A DNA stretch of 64,000 bases from Candidatus Gastranaerophilales bacterium. GTDB taxonomy: Bacteria; Cyanobacteriota; Vampirovibrionia; Gastranaerophilales; Gastranaerophilaceae. A model generated the notes under the pieces. That model did no database searches. It was given only the letters and a program-made list of their open reading frames with translations, and was not told where the DNA came from. Of this stretch, positions 47,436 to 56,478 are shown piece by piece (positions within the stretch are counted from its first letter, which is position 1; every line of letters starts with the position of its first letter). A program made the position numbers and the translations under genes. The DNA lies in assembly GCA_944326615.1 (NCBI GenBank), contig CALVEO010000005.1, positions 294 through 64,293 of the forward strand, written 5' to 3'.

Positions 47436-49109
47436 TTATACATTCTCCGCAATTTTAGCAAGCCTGAACGTCAATTCAACACAGAAACCGCAATTTTCAT
47501 CGCTATGAAGTTTGATTTCGCCGTTCATTGCTTCCACAAGACCTTTTACAATAAATAAACCTAAGCCTGTACCTCGTGTTGTTCTTGTTGTGTTGTCGTC
47601 AAGCCGTATAAATTTTTCAAACAATTTATTTAATTTTTTAGATGGAATAATTTCACAGTCATTTTTTACAAAAATTTTAACAGTGTCATCAAAAATTGCA
47701 GTATCCACAACTATTTTCGAATCTTGCGATGCGTATTTTGCAGCGTTTTCAAGAAGGTTTACAAAAACCTGAAGAAGTCTGTCTTTGTCAGCTTGTATAA
47801 GCGGAAAATCTTCACCTATGTTAAAAACAATTTCTTTATTGTCTTTATTTTTTATCAGAATTCTTGATTCTTCGAGAATTTCAGGAATCCATACCTGTTC
47901 AGATTTTGTTCTCAAACGCATTCCCTCAATATCAGGGATAGTCAATAAATCTTCTATCAAACGTTTCAAACGTTCTGACTGCTCTTTTATTATTCTCAAA
48001 GATTTTTGTTTTGTTTCTTCATCAATTTTTATATCCTGCCGCATTAATCTTGTTGTGTAGCCTTGAATACTTGTTAAAGGTGTTCTAAGTTCATGGCTTA
48101 CTGTATCAATAAGGTTTGAGCGAAATTCATTCAATTGTTTGAGTTCAATATTATTTTTTTTCAACTGAATATAAGATTTATGAATTTCTGTTGCCATGCG
48201 GTTAAATTCAAAGGCAAGAAATATAATTTCATGCGGGGTGAACGCGGTTGTTAAAAGTCGTATCTGCCGTTCGTAATTACCTTTTGAAATTGCAATAATA
48301 CCTTTAAAAAGCTGTCTTATATTGATATAAAGGTAATAAGTATACAATCCTACAACAAAAATAATTGCAAATGTAGCAAATAAACAGGATAGAATAATTT
48401 TTAAACTGTTATTTGTAATGGCTTTTTTGGTAATTTTTTCTGTTGTATTTACAATAATCGTAATTTCAGGATCAACTTTTGAAACGTATACAAGAGGCTG
48501 ATTTTTTACATCACCGAAAATTACGGGTTTATCTTTTTTCAATTTGTCAGGAAGAAGCGAAATAGTTTTTTTATATGCATCTTCTGTATAATTGTGTTCT
48601 GCAATCAAATAGCCGTCTTTTGTAAGAACATAAATCTGTCTTTTCTCATCAGCAAGCGAGCGGAATAATTCATCTTTAACGGCATCGAGCTTATATGTTG
48701 CGACTAAATATTGATTATCAGATATTTTTAACGGAAAAGTCGCTTTTTTATTAAGTGTATTTTTTTTATCAATTTGCGCAAGCTGTTTTTCATCTGCCAA
48801 TTCCAGATCTTCACAGTCCGGCAGAGTTTTTGCTATAGAATCAAGATAAGCATTTTTAGCTTTTTTTGTTGGAAAATACTGTAGTGAAAATACAGCCTGT
48901 TCAAGATTGCTTGTTACAGTCTTATTAAAAAAGTCAATCTCATCAGATACCATATTTGCAATTAAAACAGCAGATTCTCTGAGCTGGTATCTCATAGACT
49001 GCTGGTTAATATTGTTTATAATAAAACCGCTTATCGTCATTGGAACAACAACCGCAAAAATGAATACAATTGCAATTTGTTCTACAATTTTCAGATGTTT
49101 TCCGAACAT
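47436..49109 (-). CDS. Membrane sensor histidine kinase (periplasmic Cache-like, HAMP, HisKA, HATPase)
   Basis: Two TM helices; VSHELRTPLT, VFVNLLENAAKY, GTGLGLFIV. Confidence 0.95.
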   Translation of the reverse strand: MFGKHLKIVEQIAIVFIFAVVVPMTISGFIINNINQQSMRYQLRESAVLIANMVSDEIDFFNKTVTSNLEQAVFSLQYFPTKKAKNAYLDSIAKTLPDCEDLELADEKQLAQIDKKNTLNKKATFPLKISDNQYLVATYKLDAVKDELFRSLADEKRQIYVLTKDGYLIAEHNYTEDAYKKTISLLPDKLKKDKPVIFGDVKNQPLVYVSKVDPEITIIVNTTEKITKKAITNNSLKIILSCLFATFAIIFVVGLYTYYLYINIRQLFKGIIAISKGNYERQIRLLTTAFTPHEIIFLAFEFNRMATEIHKSYIQLKKNNIELKQLNEFRSNLIDTVSHELRTPLTSIQGYTTRLMRQDIKIDEETKQKSLRIIKEQSERLKRLIEDLLTIPDIEGMRLRTKSEQVWIPEILEESRILIKNKDNKEIVFNIGEDFPLIQADKDRLLQVFVNLLENAAKYASQDSKIVVDTAIFDDTVKIFVKNDCEIIPSKKLNKLFEKFIRLDDNTTRTTRGTGLGLFIVKGLVEAMNGEIKLHSDENCGFCVELTFRLAKIAENV

Positions 49110-49114
49110 AAGAC

Positions 49115-49879
49115 TTAACCTTCACCAAACGGGGTTAATTTATACCCTACATTTGTAACTGTATGCAGATATTTCGGTTTTTTCGACCACTCTGACGAGC
49201 CTGTAGAAACTTTAGAATTATCTGTTGAGGTTCTTTTTGTATCAGGTTCGATTTTGTTGCGCAGACCGCCTACATGGACTCTTAGCATTCTCACATCTTC
49301 ATCACTGTCATAACCCCATACTTCATCAAGAAGTTTTGCAAGAGTAACCGCATTATTAAAATGCTGCATAAGACAGTATAAAATTTCAAATTCTGTTGGT
49401 GTGAGTTTAACTCGTTTATTTACAACAACAGCCTCAAGAGTTTCTGGGAAAATTTCTATATCACCTGCTTTTAAAACTTCATCAGAAAGAGCTGTTTTAT
49501 CTTCTACAATCTGGTTTCTTCTCAATAAAACTCTTATTCTTAACAGAACTTCCTGAATATCAAAAGGCTTTACTAAATAGTCATCTGCTCCGCAGTCAAA
49601 ACCTTCTGTCTTATCATCAATTGTTCCTTTAGCCGTAAGCATTAAAATAGGAATTGCAAGTTTGGCCTGACGAATATTTTTGCATACATCAAATCCGTTC
49701 ATTTTTGGCATCATAACGTCAAGCAAAATCAAATCATACGTATTATTCAATGCTTTGTTAAGTCCTTCCATACCGTCTTTGGCCGTATCTACAAAATATC
49801 CGCTTGCACTTACGTCAAACTCCAGAAGTTCTCTGATTTCATCATCATCATCAACAATTAAAATACGTTTTTCATTCAT
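49115..49879 (-). CDS. OmpR-family response regulator (RpaA-like) with an 18-aa insertion in the wHTH domain
   Basis: ILIVDDD, LLDVMMP, MLTAK, ADDYLVKPF, LTPTEFEIL, EVWGYD, RVHV...KIEPD. Start taken at MNEKR. Confidence 0.92.
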   Translation of the reverse strand: MNEKRILIVDDDDEIRELLEFDVSASGYFVDTAKDGMEGLNKALNNTYDLILLDVMMPKMNGFDVCKNIRQAKLAIPILMLTAKGTIDDKTEGFDCGADDYLVKPFDIQEVLLRIRVLLRRNQIVEDKTALSDEVLKAGDIEIFPETLEAVVVNKRVKLTPTEFEILYCLMQHFNNAVTLAKLLDEVWGYDSDEDVRMLRVHVGGLRNKIEPDTKRTSTDNSKVSTGSSEWSKKPKYLHTVTNVGYKLTPFGEG

Positions 49880-50037
49880 GTAAGAATCCTTTTTTAATGC
49901 CAAGACCCTTTTTAATAATTCAATAAAAATTCTTTTTTTTCAATTAATTATAAAGAAATAAAAACTATAAAATTTTTAAGATATCTATACTGCCATAGTA
50001 TCATTAAACCAGCTTTTTCAACAGACAAATATAAATT

Positions 50038-52269
50038 TTAAGACAAATTCATCCATAAAGTATTTAGAGCCTGCAGTTCATTTCTGGTTTTTATATCATT
50101 GATAAGCTGGTTGATTGCATCTTTATTAACATTGGTCAACATATACGAAAATTCAGCGCTTTCATCTCCGCCGGCTTTATGCGAAAGTTCATGCAGAGCT
50201 GTTTCCAAAGCATAGCTAAAGTTTGCTTGATTCAAATATGTTTTGTCAATCCAAAAACCTTTTGATACACCATTATCGACAATTGCTTCGGCGTTACAGG
50301 CTGAATACATTTTGCTGTCTTTTGCAGATGTTCTGTCAAACATATAAATATTTGTATTAAGTTCATCTGCCGTAAAATGTTTATCTTTTAATGATGGAGA
50401 TAATTTATTAATAGCTTCTTTAAGGATTAATATTTTCTTTTTCTCAACGTCATTTGGAATAACAGCTTTATGATCTCTTGCATCGCCAATCAGTTCTTTT
50501 ATAGTCTGCATACCAAGTACTGAAAAACGGTCTTTACAAACTTTATAACCATTTTGTCTTAAATTATAAACAACATCATCTGATGCTAGAGAATAAGCAA
50601 CATATTTTTCAGGAAATTTTATATGAAGCTCTTTGCTGCCAAATCTGTTAGTATATAATAAAAACCGATCAACAAAAGCATCTAACGGTGTTGTTTCACT
50701 GAAATTCTTTGCATCCCAGTAATCTTCAAGAGATTTTAACAATTTGACTTTATCGTCATTTGTCATACGGCTGTCAGTGGCTGCCCATTGAGCTATATTT
50801 TCAAGATCTGATGTATTCAGTGTTGTTCTGTCCCTCGAAGGGTCAAGAACTTCTTTAGGCAGTTTTTCTTTAATATTTATTACAATATCGTTCAAACCAT
50901 CATAATCATTATCAAATTCAAAGCGTTGGCCTGCAAGATAAATTCCGCCTTTTTCTCCTTTCGGTAAAAGCTTTATACTCATTAATTCATTTTCAAAATC
51001 CGGACATTTAAAGTGTTTGTTATTAGAATGATAGAAACGATTTATCGTCTTTTTCAATGTTTCAAGCAAATCCATATCGGATGTTTCAAATTCTATATAA
51101 TTTCCGTTGTACTTATCTGTCTTGTCCAGTGAATAAGATAAAACTCTTTTATCAGAAAGATTTCCGTCAGCAAGTCTATATGTCAAATTCCAGTTATCAG
51201 ATGCTATCTTTACATTATCTGCTCCGCCGTCACGCAGAAGCTTTAATACAGACATTTTCAGCCCTTCACCATAGTTGCCTGCAGCTTTTAAATTATCTCG
51301 TTTTGTGGATTCACCGATATAAACAGCTTTGTCAGGAGTATAAGTCGACTTGCCTTCAATTCTGACTTTAAATCTTCCGTTTCCTGCCGGCTCAAAGTGC
51401 AATTTTACACCATCAAGCGTCTGTCCATGCCCGTCAAAGAAGTTTTGCATTACATCTCTGGCAATTTTATTGTTATCCCATCTAACAGAATCTGCATAAC
51501 TTTCTGAAATATTTGTCATCTGATTTTGTACGGGCTTAAACTCAGCACTTGGCATGTGTGTAATTTTAACCTCATCAGACATCGGAAGTTGAAAATCAAA
51601 TCTTCCGTCAGATGAAATTTCCGGAATGTCAAGCCCTCTCATGCCGGCTCTGTTTGTTGTTCCTACATGAGAAGGCAAAGGCACAGCATCATCATAAACT
51701 TTTGTTCCGCCTTTTCCTGTTACAGGCGGGTTTGTAATATCGTATGTCAATTCACCATTATCAATTTTGGCTTTCAAATCATTTAAAATCTTATCACGCA
51801 CATCTTTAGGTGCGAGATCGCCTTCAAAAATATCATTGAATTTATCTTTTGTTTTCTCTATTTCAGCTTTTAAGTTTTTATTAATCCCCTGAAGCGTTTC
51901 GTTATCTGTTGTGAGGTCTTTAACCTTCTTCTCAACAGCCTCAAGTGAACTTTTTAAACCTTCATTCATTTTATTTAATGTTTCATATTTCTTGGAAGCT
52001 TCTGAAAGCTGAGACTCAAGACTATCAATTCTCCAGCCGTTGTGCTTGTACATAACTGCACCACCCAACACAGCCGCAGACAACGCTAAACCTGCAGCTA
52101 AACTTGAAGAAATCTTTTTTGACGAAGATTTATGAGGTTCTTTTCCTTCTTCAAACTCACTTGCTATTTGAGTATCATCAAATGTTTCATCTTTGCGGCA
52201 TTTACTGCCCTGAAAATTAACCGGATTGGTTCTGCAGTGAAATTTAGGGCTGACAGGAGTTGCATACAT
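50038..52269 (-). CDS. Membrane-anchored GHKL-type ATPase with C-terminal HExxH motif
   Basis: TM helix then coiled coil; RDVMQNFFDG, IGESTK, GNYGEGLK; ALHELSH. Start taken at MYATP, with RBS AAGGA. Confidence 0.7.
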   Translation of the reverse strand: MYATPVSPKFHCRTNPVNFQGSKCRKDETFDDTQIASEFEEGKEPHKSSSKKISSSLAAGLALSAAVLGGAVMYKHNGWRIDSLESQLSEASKKYETLNKMNEGLKSSLEAVEKKVKDLTTDNETLQGINKNLKAEIEKTKDKFNDIFEGDLAPKDVRDKILNDLKAKIDNGELTYDITNPPVTGKGGTKVYDDAVPLPSHVGTTNRAGMRGLDIPEISSDGRFDFQLPMSDEVKITHMPSAEFKPVQNQMTNISESYADSVRWDNNKIARDVMQNFFDGHGQTLDGVKLHFEPAGNGRFKVRIEGKSTYTPDKAVYIGESTKRDNLKAAGNYGEGLKMSVLKLLRDGGADNVKIASDNWNLTYRLADGNLSDKRVLSYSLDKTDKYNGNYIEFETSDMDLLETLKKTINRFYHSNNKHFKCPDFENELMSIKLLPKGEKGGIYLAGQRFEFDNDYDGLNDIVINIKEKLPKEVLDPSRDRTTLNTSDLENIAQWAATDSRMTNDDKVKLLKSLEDYWDAKNFSETTPLDAFVDRFLLYTNRFGSKELHIKFPEKYVAYSLASDDVVYNLRQNGYKVCKDRFSVLGMQTIKELIGDARDHKAVIPNDVEKKKILILKEAINKLSPSLKDKHFTADELNTNIYMFDRTSAKDSKMYSACNAEAIVDNGVSKGFWIDKTYLNQANFSYALETALHELSHKAGGDESAEFSYMLTNVNKDAINQLINDIKTRNELQALNTLWMNLS

Positions 52270-52348
52270 TTTTATTATTCCTTTCACACTATTCTTTTAT
52301 AAATTAAAGTAAAATACATTTTAATAATTGCTTTATTATTAAGTTATA

Positions 52349-53380
52349 TTAAGCGGCTTCGTTAAAATGATTCTTTTCAGCTTTTGAGCCGGACATCATT
52401 AAACCAAGTGCGCTTGCCAGAGCGACAACACCTGCTGCAATCCAGCCAGCCTTGCCTCCGCCATTGGATTTCATATTTTTTACAGCATCCTTTGCTGAAT
52501 TTACGGCTGTATTTGCTGCATTCGAAACTGATGATGAAGCTGAAGGTTTATTATGTGAATCCGCTTCCAAATTAGAGTAAAATTGTTTCATTGCTTTTAA
52601 CACAGAGTTTGGCTCGTCATTAATTCTAACATTAATACTGCCGTCAAGATGGTTTTTCACAGAGTTAAATACTCTTTTAGCTTTTTTGGTCATTATACCC
52701 TGCGATGTGCAATATTGAGAATTTGCGCGTGCTTTACGGATTTTTTTATCCTTGGAATTGTTTCTTAGCATTCTTTGTTTATGTTCAGTTTGTGATGCTG
52801 TTTCTGCTTCTTTTTTCATTTTTTTGCGTTTTGTAGAGCTTACGTAGGCATCCGAATTTTCACGCATTGCTTTTTTATTCTGATTATTTGAAGGTTTTGC
52901 AGGTGTGTGCATTTCTTCATACAATTCAGGATGATGTTCTTTTAAAAAGTCTATATATTCATCACCGCCAAATGCAGACTTTGCATCTGACATTGTTTTT
53001 TTATGAAGATTATGTCTTGCTTTTTTTGACATAGAGTTATAATTAAAATAATGATGATCTGTTTTTAAATGGTCATTATATTTAGGATAAACTGCTGCTG
53101 CATGTGCAGAATTAACGGAAGAAACAGCGTTCTTTGTTTGCGGGGTAACTTTCGCCTTTAAATTTGCCTTTAACTGTTCTGATGCTGCTTTGTAAATTTC
53201 TTCAATTTGAGCATTAGCTTGTGCTATTTCTCCTTTGCTGATTTTTACACCTTTTTTTCTTAATTCCTGAAGATGATTTCTAAGTTCAACCTGTAATTGT
53301 TCTGGTTTTGCTTTAGGATTTGTTTGTAAATAATTTACTGCAAAATTAATTGCCGGGGTATTTGTAACGATTGTAACCAT
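52349..53380 (-). CDS. Basic hypothetical protein with a C-terminal membrane anchor
   Basis: 343 aa, K/N/S-rich; ends GWIAAGVVALASALGLMM. Confidence 0.7.
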   Translation of the reverse strand: MVTIVTNTPAINFAVNYLQTNPKAKPEQLQVELRNHLQELRKKGVKISKGEIAQANAQIEEIYKAASEQLKANLKAKVTPQTKNAVSSVNSAHAAAVYPKYNDHLKTDHHYFNYNSMSKKARHNLHKKTMSDAKSAFGGDEYIDFLKEHHPELYEEMHTPAKPSNNQNKKAMRENSDAYVSSTKRKKMKKEAETASQTEHKQRMLRNNSKDKKIRKARANSQYCTSQGIMTKKAKRVFNSVKNHLDGSINVRINDEPNSVLKAMKQFYSNLEADSHNKPSASSSVSNAANTAVNSAKDAVKNMKSNGGGKAGWIAAGVVALASALGLMMSGSKAEKNHFNEAA

Positions 53381-53460
53381 TTCTGCTACCTTTCATTTTT
53401 ACACATCTTATATCCATGTAAAGGTAAAATGGTCAAAAAAGTTGCTATGCCGCGCACGCA

Positions 53461-53482
53461 TGCTATGCTATGCTATGCTATG
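53461..53482 (+). repeat. Pentanucleotide microsatellite (TGCTA)x4
   Basis: TGCTATGCTATGCTATGCTATG, with another TGCTATGC at 53443. Confidence 0.85.
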
Positions 53483-53584
53483 AGGCATTATACTTGAATT
53501 TCAGGCATATTGAAACCCATATTTACATTTCGTTACATGTAATGTAATAAGTCACCTTTTGTATTTATTGACAATATTTAATGC

Positions 53585-54706
53585 TTACCTGATTTGAACA
53601 GGCATAATCAGACAGACGTAATCTTCTTCATTATCAGGTCTGAACATTGTTGCTGATAAAGGAGTATTCAATCCTATTTTTACAATATCAGAATCTATAT
53701 TTTTCAACGCTTCAAGAACAAATTTATAGTTAAAAGCAATTGTCAGTTCTTCTCCTGTGTAATCAATGTCAAAACTTTCTTCTGACTTACCTGAATCAGG
53801 AGTGTCAGCTGTCAATTTCAATGTGTTATGGCTGAATTCCAGTTTTACAATGCTTGTTTTTTCGTTAACCATAATTGATACACGTTCTAATGCTGATGTC
53901 ATCTGTGAAACATTTACAAGAGCTTCTTTCGGACTTTCTTTCGGAATAAGCTGATTGTATTTAGGGAACTGGCCTTCAAGAAGTCTTGATATTGTTGTTG
54001 TTCTTTCTGATTTTATAATAATTTTTGATTTTTCAGTATAGATTTTTACTGAATCTTCATCTATAAAACTGCTCATTTTAATAAATTCGTTCAATGTTTT
54101 TGAAGGAATAATAAGCTGTTTTGCATGATTGTCTTTATTATCAATAGTTTCGCGGACTCTTGCAAGACGGTTTCCGTCAGTTGATGCTATTTCCATAATA
54201 TTTTCAGATATATCGCAGACAATACCTGATAAAAGGTTGCTTGTTTCATAGCTTGCGGCGGCAAAACCTGCCTGTTTTACAGCTTTTACAAACGGTCTTA
54301 TTTCTATTTCAAAACCTTCTTCTTCATTAACGTTAATTGATGAAAATTCCGGCGGAAATTCAGAGGCTGAAATACCGATTATATCAAATTTTGAATTCTG
54401 GCAGGTTATGTTAACACTTGTTTCACCATCTTTCATTTCAAATGTAATTAGTTTATCGCCGAGCTTGGAAACTATTTCATTGAGCGTTTTTGAAGGAAGT
54501 GTTATTTTGCCTTCTTCTTCAACCTGCGCGTCAACAAGTGCTATTACTGTTAAATCCAAATCTGTTGCAACAAGTTTTATAGTACCTTTGTCAATTGTTT
54601 CTATCAAAATATTCATTAATACAGGCTGTAAAGCTTTGACTGATGTAGCTCTTTCTACTATTTTAATCCCGTTATACAAATCTTCTTTTTTAACAACAAA
54701 TTTCAT
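53585..54706 (-). CDS. dnaN: DNA polymerase III beta sliding clamp
   Basis: LVATDLDL, STDGNRLA, RLLEGQFPKYNQLIP, IAFNYKFVLEAL, CLIMPVQI. Confidence 0.97.
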   Translation of the reverse strand: MKFVVKKEDLYNGIKIVERATSVKALQPVLMNILIETIDKGTIKLVATDLDLTVIALVDAQVEEEGKITLPSKTLNEIVSKLGDKLITFEMKDGETSVNITCQNSKFDIIGISASEFPPEFSSINVNEEEGFEIEIRPFVKAVKQAGFAAASYETSNLLSGIVCDISENIMEIASTDGNRLARVRETIDNKDNHAKQLIIPSKTLNEFIKMSSFIDEDSVKIYTEKSKIIIKSERTTTISRLLEGQFPKYNQLIPKESPKEALVNVSQMTSALERVSIMVNEKTSIVKLEFSHNTLKLTADTPDSGKSEESFDIDYTGEELTIAFNYKFVLEALKNIDSDIVKIGLNTPLSATMFRPDNEEDYVCLIMPVQIR

Positions 54707-54729
54707 ATTTTTTACTCCCCGTTAATTTT

Positions 54730-55064
54730 ATCGTATAATAACTTTATTATATTCGTTCAAAATTTAAATAAAAGAATATAATACAAAAACTTTACTTTTT
54801 AGAGTTTTAAACAAAAAACAAATTATTAATTATTATATTAATAAAATATATAAATTTAATAATAATAATAAGCTCTTATTATTTGTAGAAAAGTGGTTGA
54901 AAGTATTGTTATTATTAATTTTTTAGTTGTATAAAACTTGGTAGAAAACTATATAATAATAATAGTATTTTTGTAGAAAACATAAAAAACTAAAAAATCC
55001 TGTAGAAAACTCATGAATTTTCTACTATTTTCTCCTACTTTTTCTACTAAAAAACGTAAATTTT
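54730..55064. promoter_or_regulatory. Candidate replication origin (oriC) and dnaN promoter region
   Basis: TGTAGAAAA at 54884, 54972, 55001; TGTATAAAA at 54928; GGTAGAAAA at 54940; inverted TTTTCTACT at 55018 and 55040; almost pure A/T tract at 54810-54883. Confidence 0.65.
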
Positions 55065-55901
55065 TTACAATTGCCCGCAGATTACTCTCTCAATTCCTGC
55101 AAGATCTTTTATAATTTCAATATTCTTATAACCTTTTTCACACATTATGTTTTTTACATCTACAGCTTGCCCCATGCCGAGTTCAAATATTAAATATCCA
55201 GATTTATTCAATATATCAACAGAGTTTTCGGTTATTTTATTGTAGAATTCCAAACCTTTTTCATCCTTTGTAAACAGAGCAATCTGCGGATCATATTTTA
55301 CTTCCGGCTGTAAATTTTCTTTCATTAAATCGGGAATATAAGGCGGGTTTGAAATAATAATATCAAAGGTTTCACCGGGTTTTACATTAGAAAAAATGTC
55401 GGATTTTCTAAAAATTGCCTTATTGAAAAGGTTTAGCTTAGAAGCATTATCAAGAGCAGTATTCAAAGCGTCTGTTGAAATATCAAGCCCGATAATCCGG
55501 CAGTCTGTAAATTTTGCAATCATACAGGCAATACAACCAGAGCCTGTACCGACATCAAGAGCTGTTTTTAGGTTGTTATCGTTAATAATTTTTATAGCTT
55601 TTCTCACTAATATTTCTGTTTCATCGCGCGGAATTAAAACTGAAGGATTAACTATAAATTTTTCTCCCATAAAATCTGCATATCCAATAATATGTTGAAT
55701 TGGTCTGCGTGTTTTTGCGCGTATTTCTGCTTTTTCTTTTACTAAATCCAGTTTTTGAGGTGATAATTTATTTCCGAGTATAATATCTTTTGTCCCGTAG
55801 TCTGCAAAGCTTTCAAGAAGCAGTTTTACCTCAATATTTGCTTCATTTTGTTCTATGCCGCTGTCTGTTAATATTTTTAAAATATCTTGTATTGTTGTCA
55901 T
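55065..55901 (-). CDS. prmC: Release factor glutamine methyltransferase
   Basis: RPIQHIIG, VLIPRDETE, DVGTGSGCIA, ISNPPYI. Confidence 0.96.
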   Translation of the reverse strand: MTTIQDILKILTDSGIEQNEANIEVKLLLESFADYGTKDIILGNKLSPQKLDLVKEKAEIRAKTRRPIQHIIGYADFMGEKFIVNPSVLIPRDETEILVRKAIKIINDNNLKTALDVGTGSGCIACMIAKFTDCRIIGLDISTDALNTALDNASKLNLFNKAIFRKSDIFSNVKPGETFDIIISNPPYIPDLMKENLQPEVKYDPQIALFTKDEKGLEFYNKITENSVDILNKSGYLIFELGMGQAVDVKNIMCEKGYKNIEIIKDLAGIERVICGQL

Positions 55902-55922
55902 ATTATTTATTTCCCTGTCAGG

Positions 55923-56432
55923 TTAATCTGAATTTGAAAAAGGATCATTTGCTTTTGAGTAAGTTTTTAGAATTTTATCAATTTCATCACGCGCCTCTAA
56001 CTTTGATGACAATTCTTTTTTTTCTAAATTGTATTTTTTGCACAGGCGTTCGTAATAGTAAAGCTGTTTTTTTGTAGGCTGTTCTTTAGACATTTTAAGT
56101 TCTTTTAAAAATTCTCTTTTTTGTTTTTCGTAAGCCTTTTGAGCTTCAATTAAAGGTGCCTGTTTTTTCTTATAATCGTAATATTTTTTGCATTCATTCA
56201 GGAATAATATAGTTTCATTTCTGAATTGTTCATCATTAATGTAGTTTTCTAAAAATTCAAAATGCGGATTATTTATTTCAAAATAGTAATTTTCATCCTC
56301 AATAAATTTATCAAAAATATTGTTTACATCCATGTCAGGAGATTTTTTTACCAGAGAGCGCAAAAAATTACACAGGGCTGATTTCTGGTTTTTGGTCATG
56401 TTTTGATAAATTTGATTTTTAATCTGATACAT
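55923..56432 (-). CDS. Hypothetical protein
   Basis: 169-aa ORF co-directional with prmC; PTKKQLYY motif. Confidence 0.7.
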   Translation of the reverse strand: MYQIKNQIYQNMTKNQKSALCNFLRSLVKKSPDMDVNNIFDKFIEDENYYFEINNPHFEFLENYINDEQFRNETILFLNECKKYYDYKKKQAPLIEAQKAYEKQKREFLKELKMSKEQPTKKQLYYYERLCKKYNLEKKELSSKLEARDEIDKILKTYSKANDPFSNSD

Positions 56433-56478
56433 AAAATAATTTTATAAAAAAAATTATTATCAAACAAGTTAATTCAAA

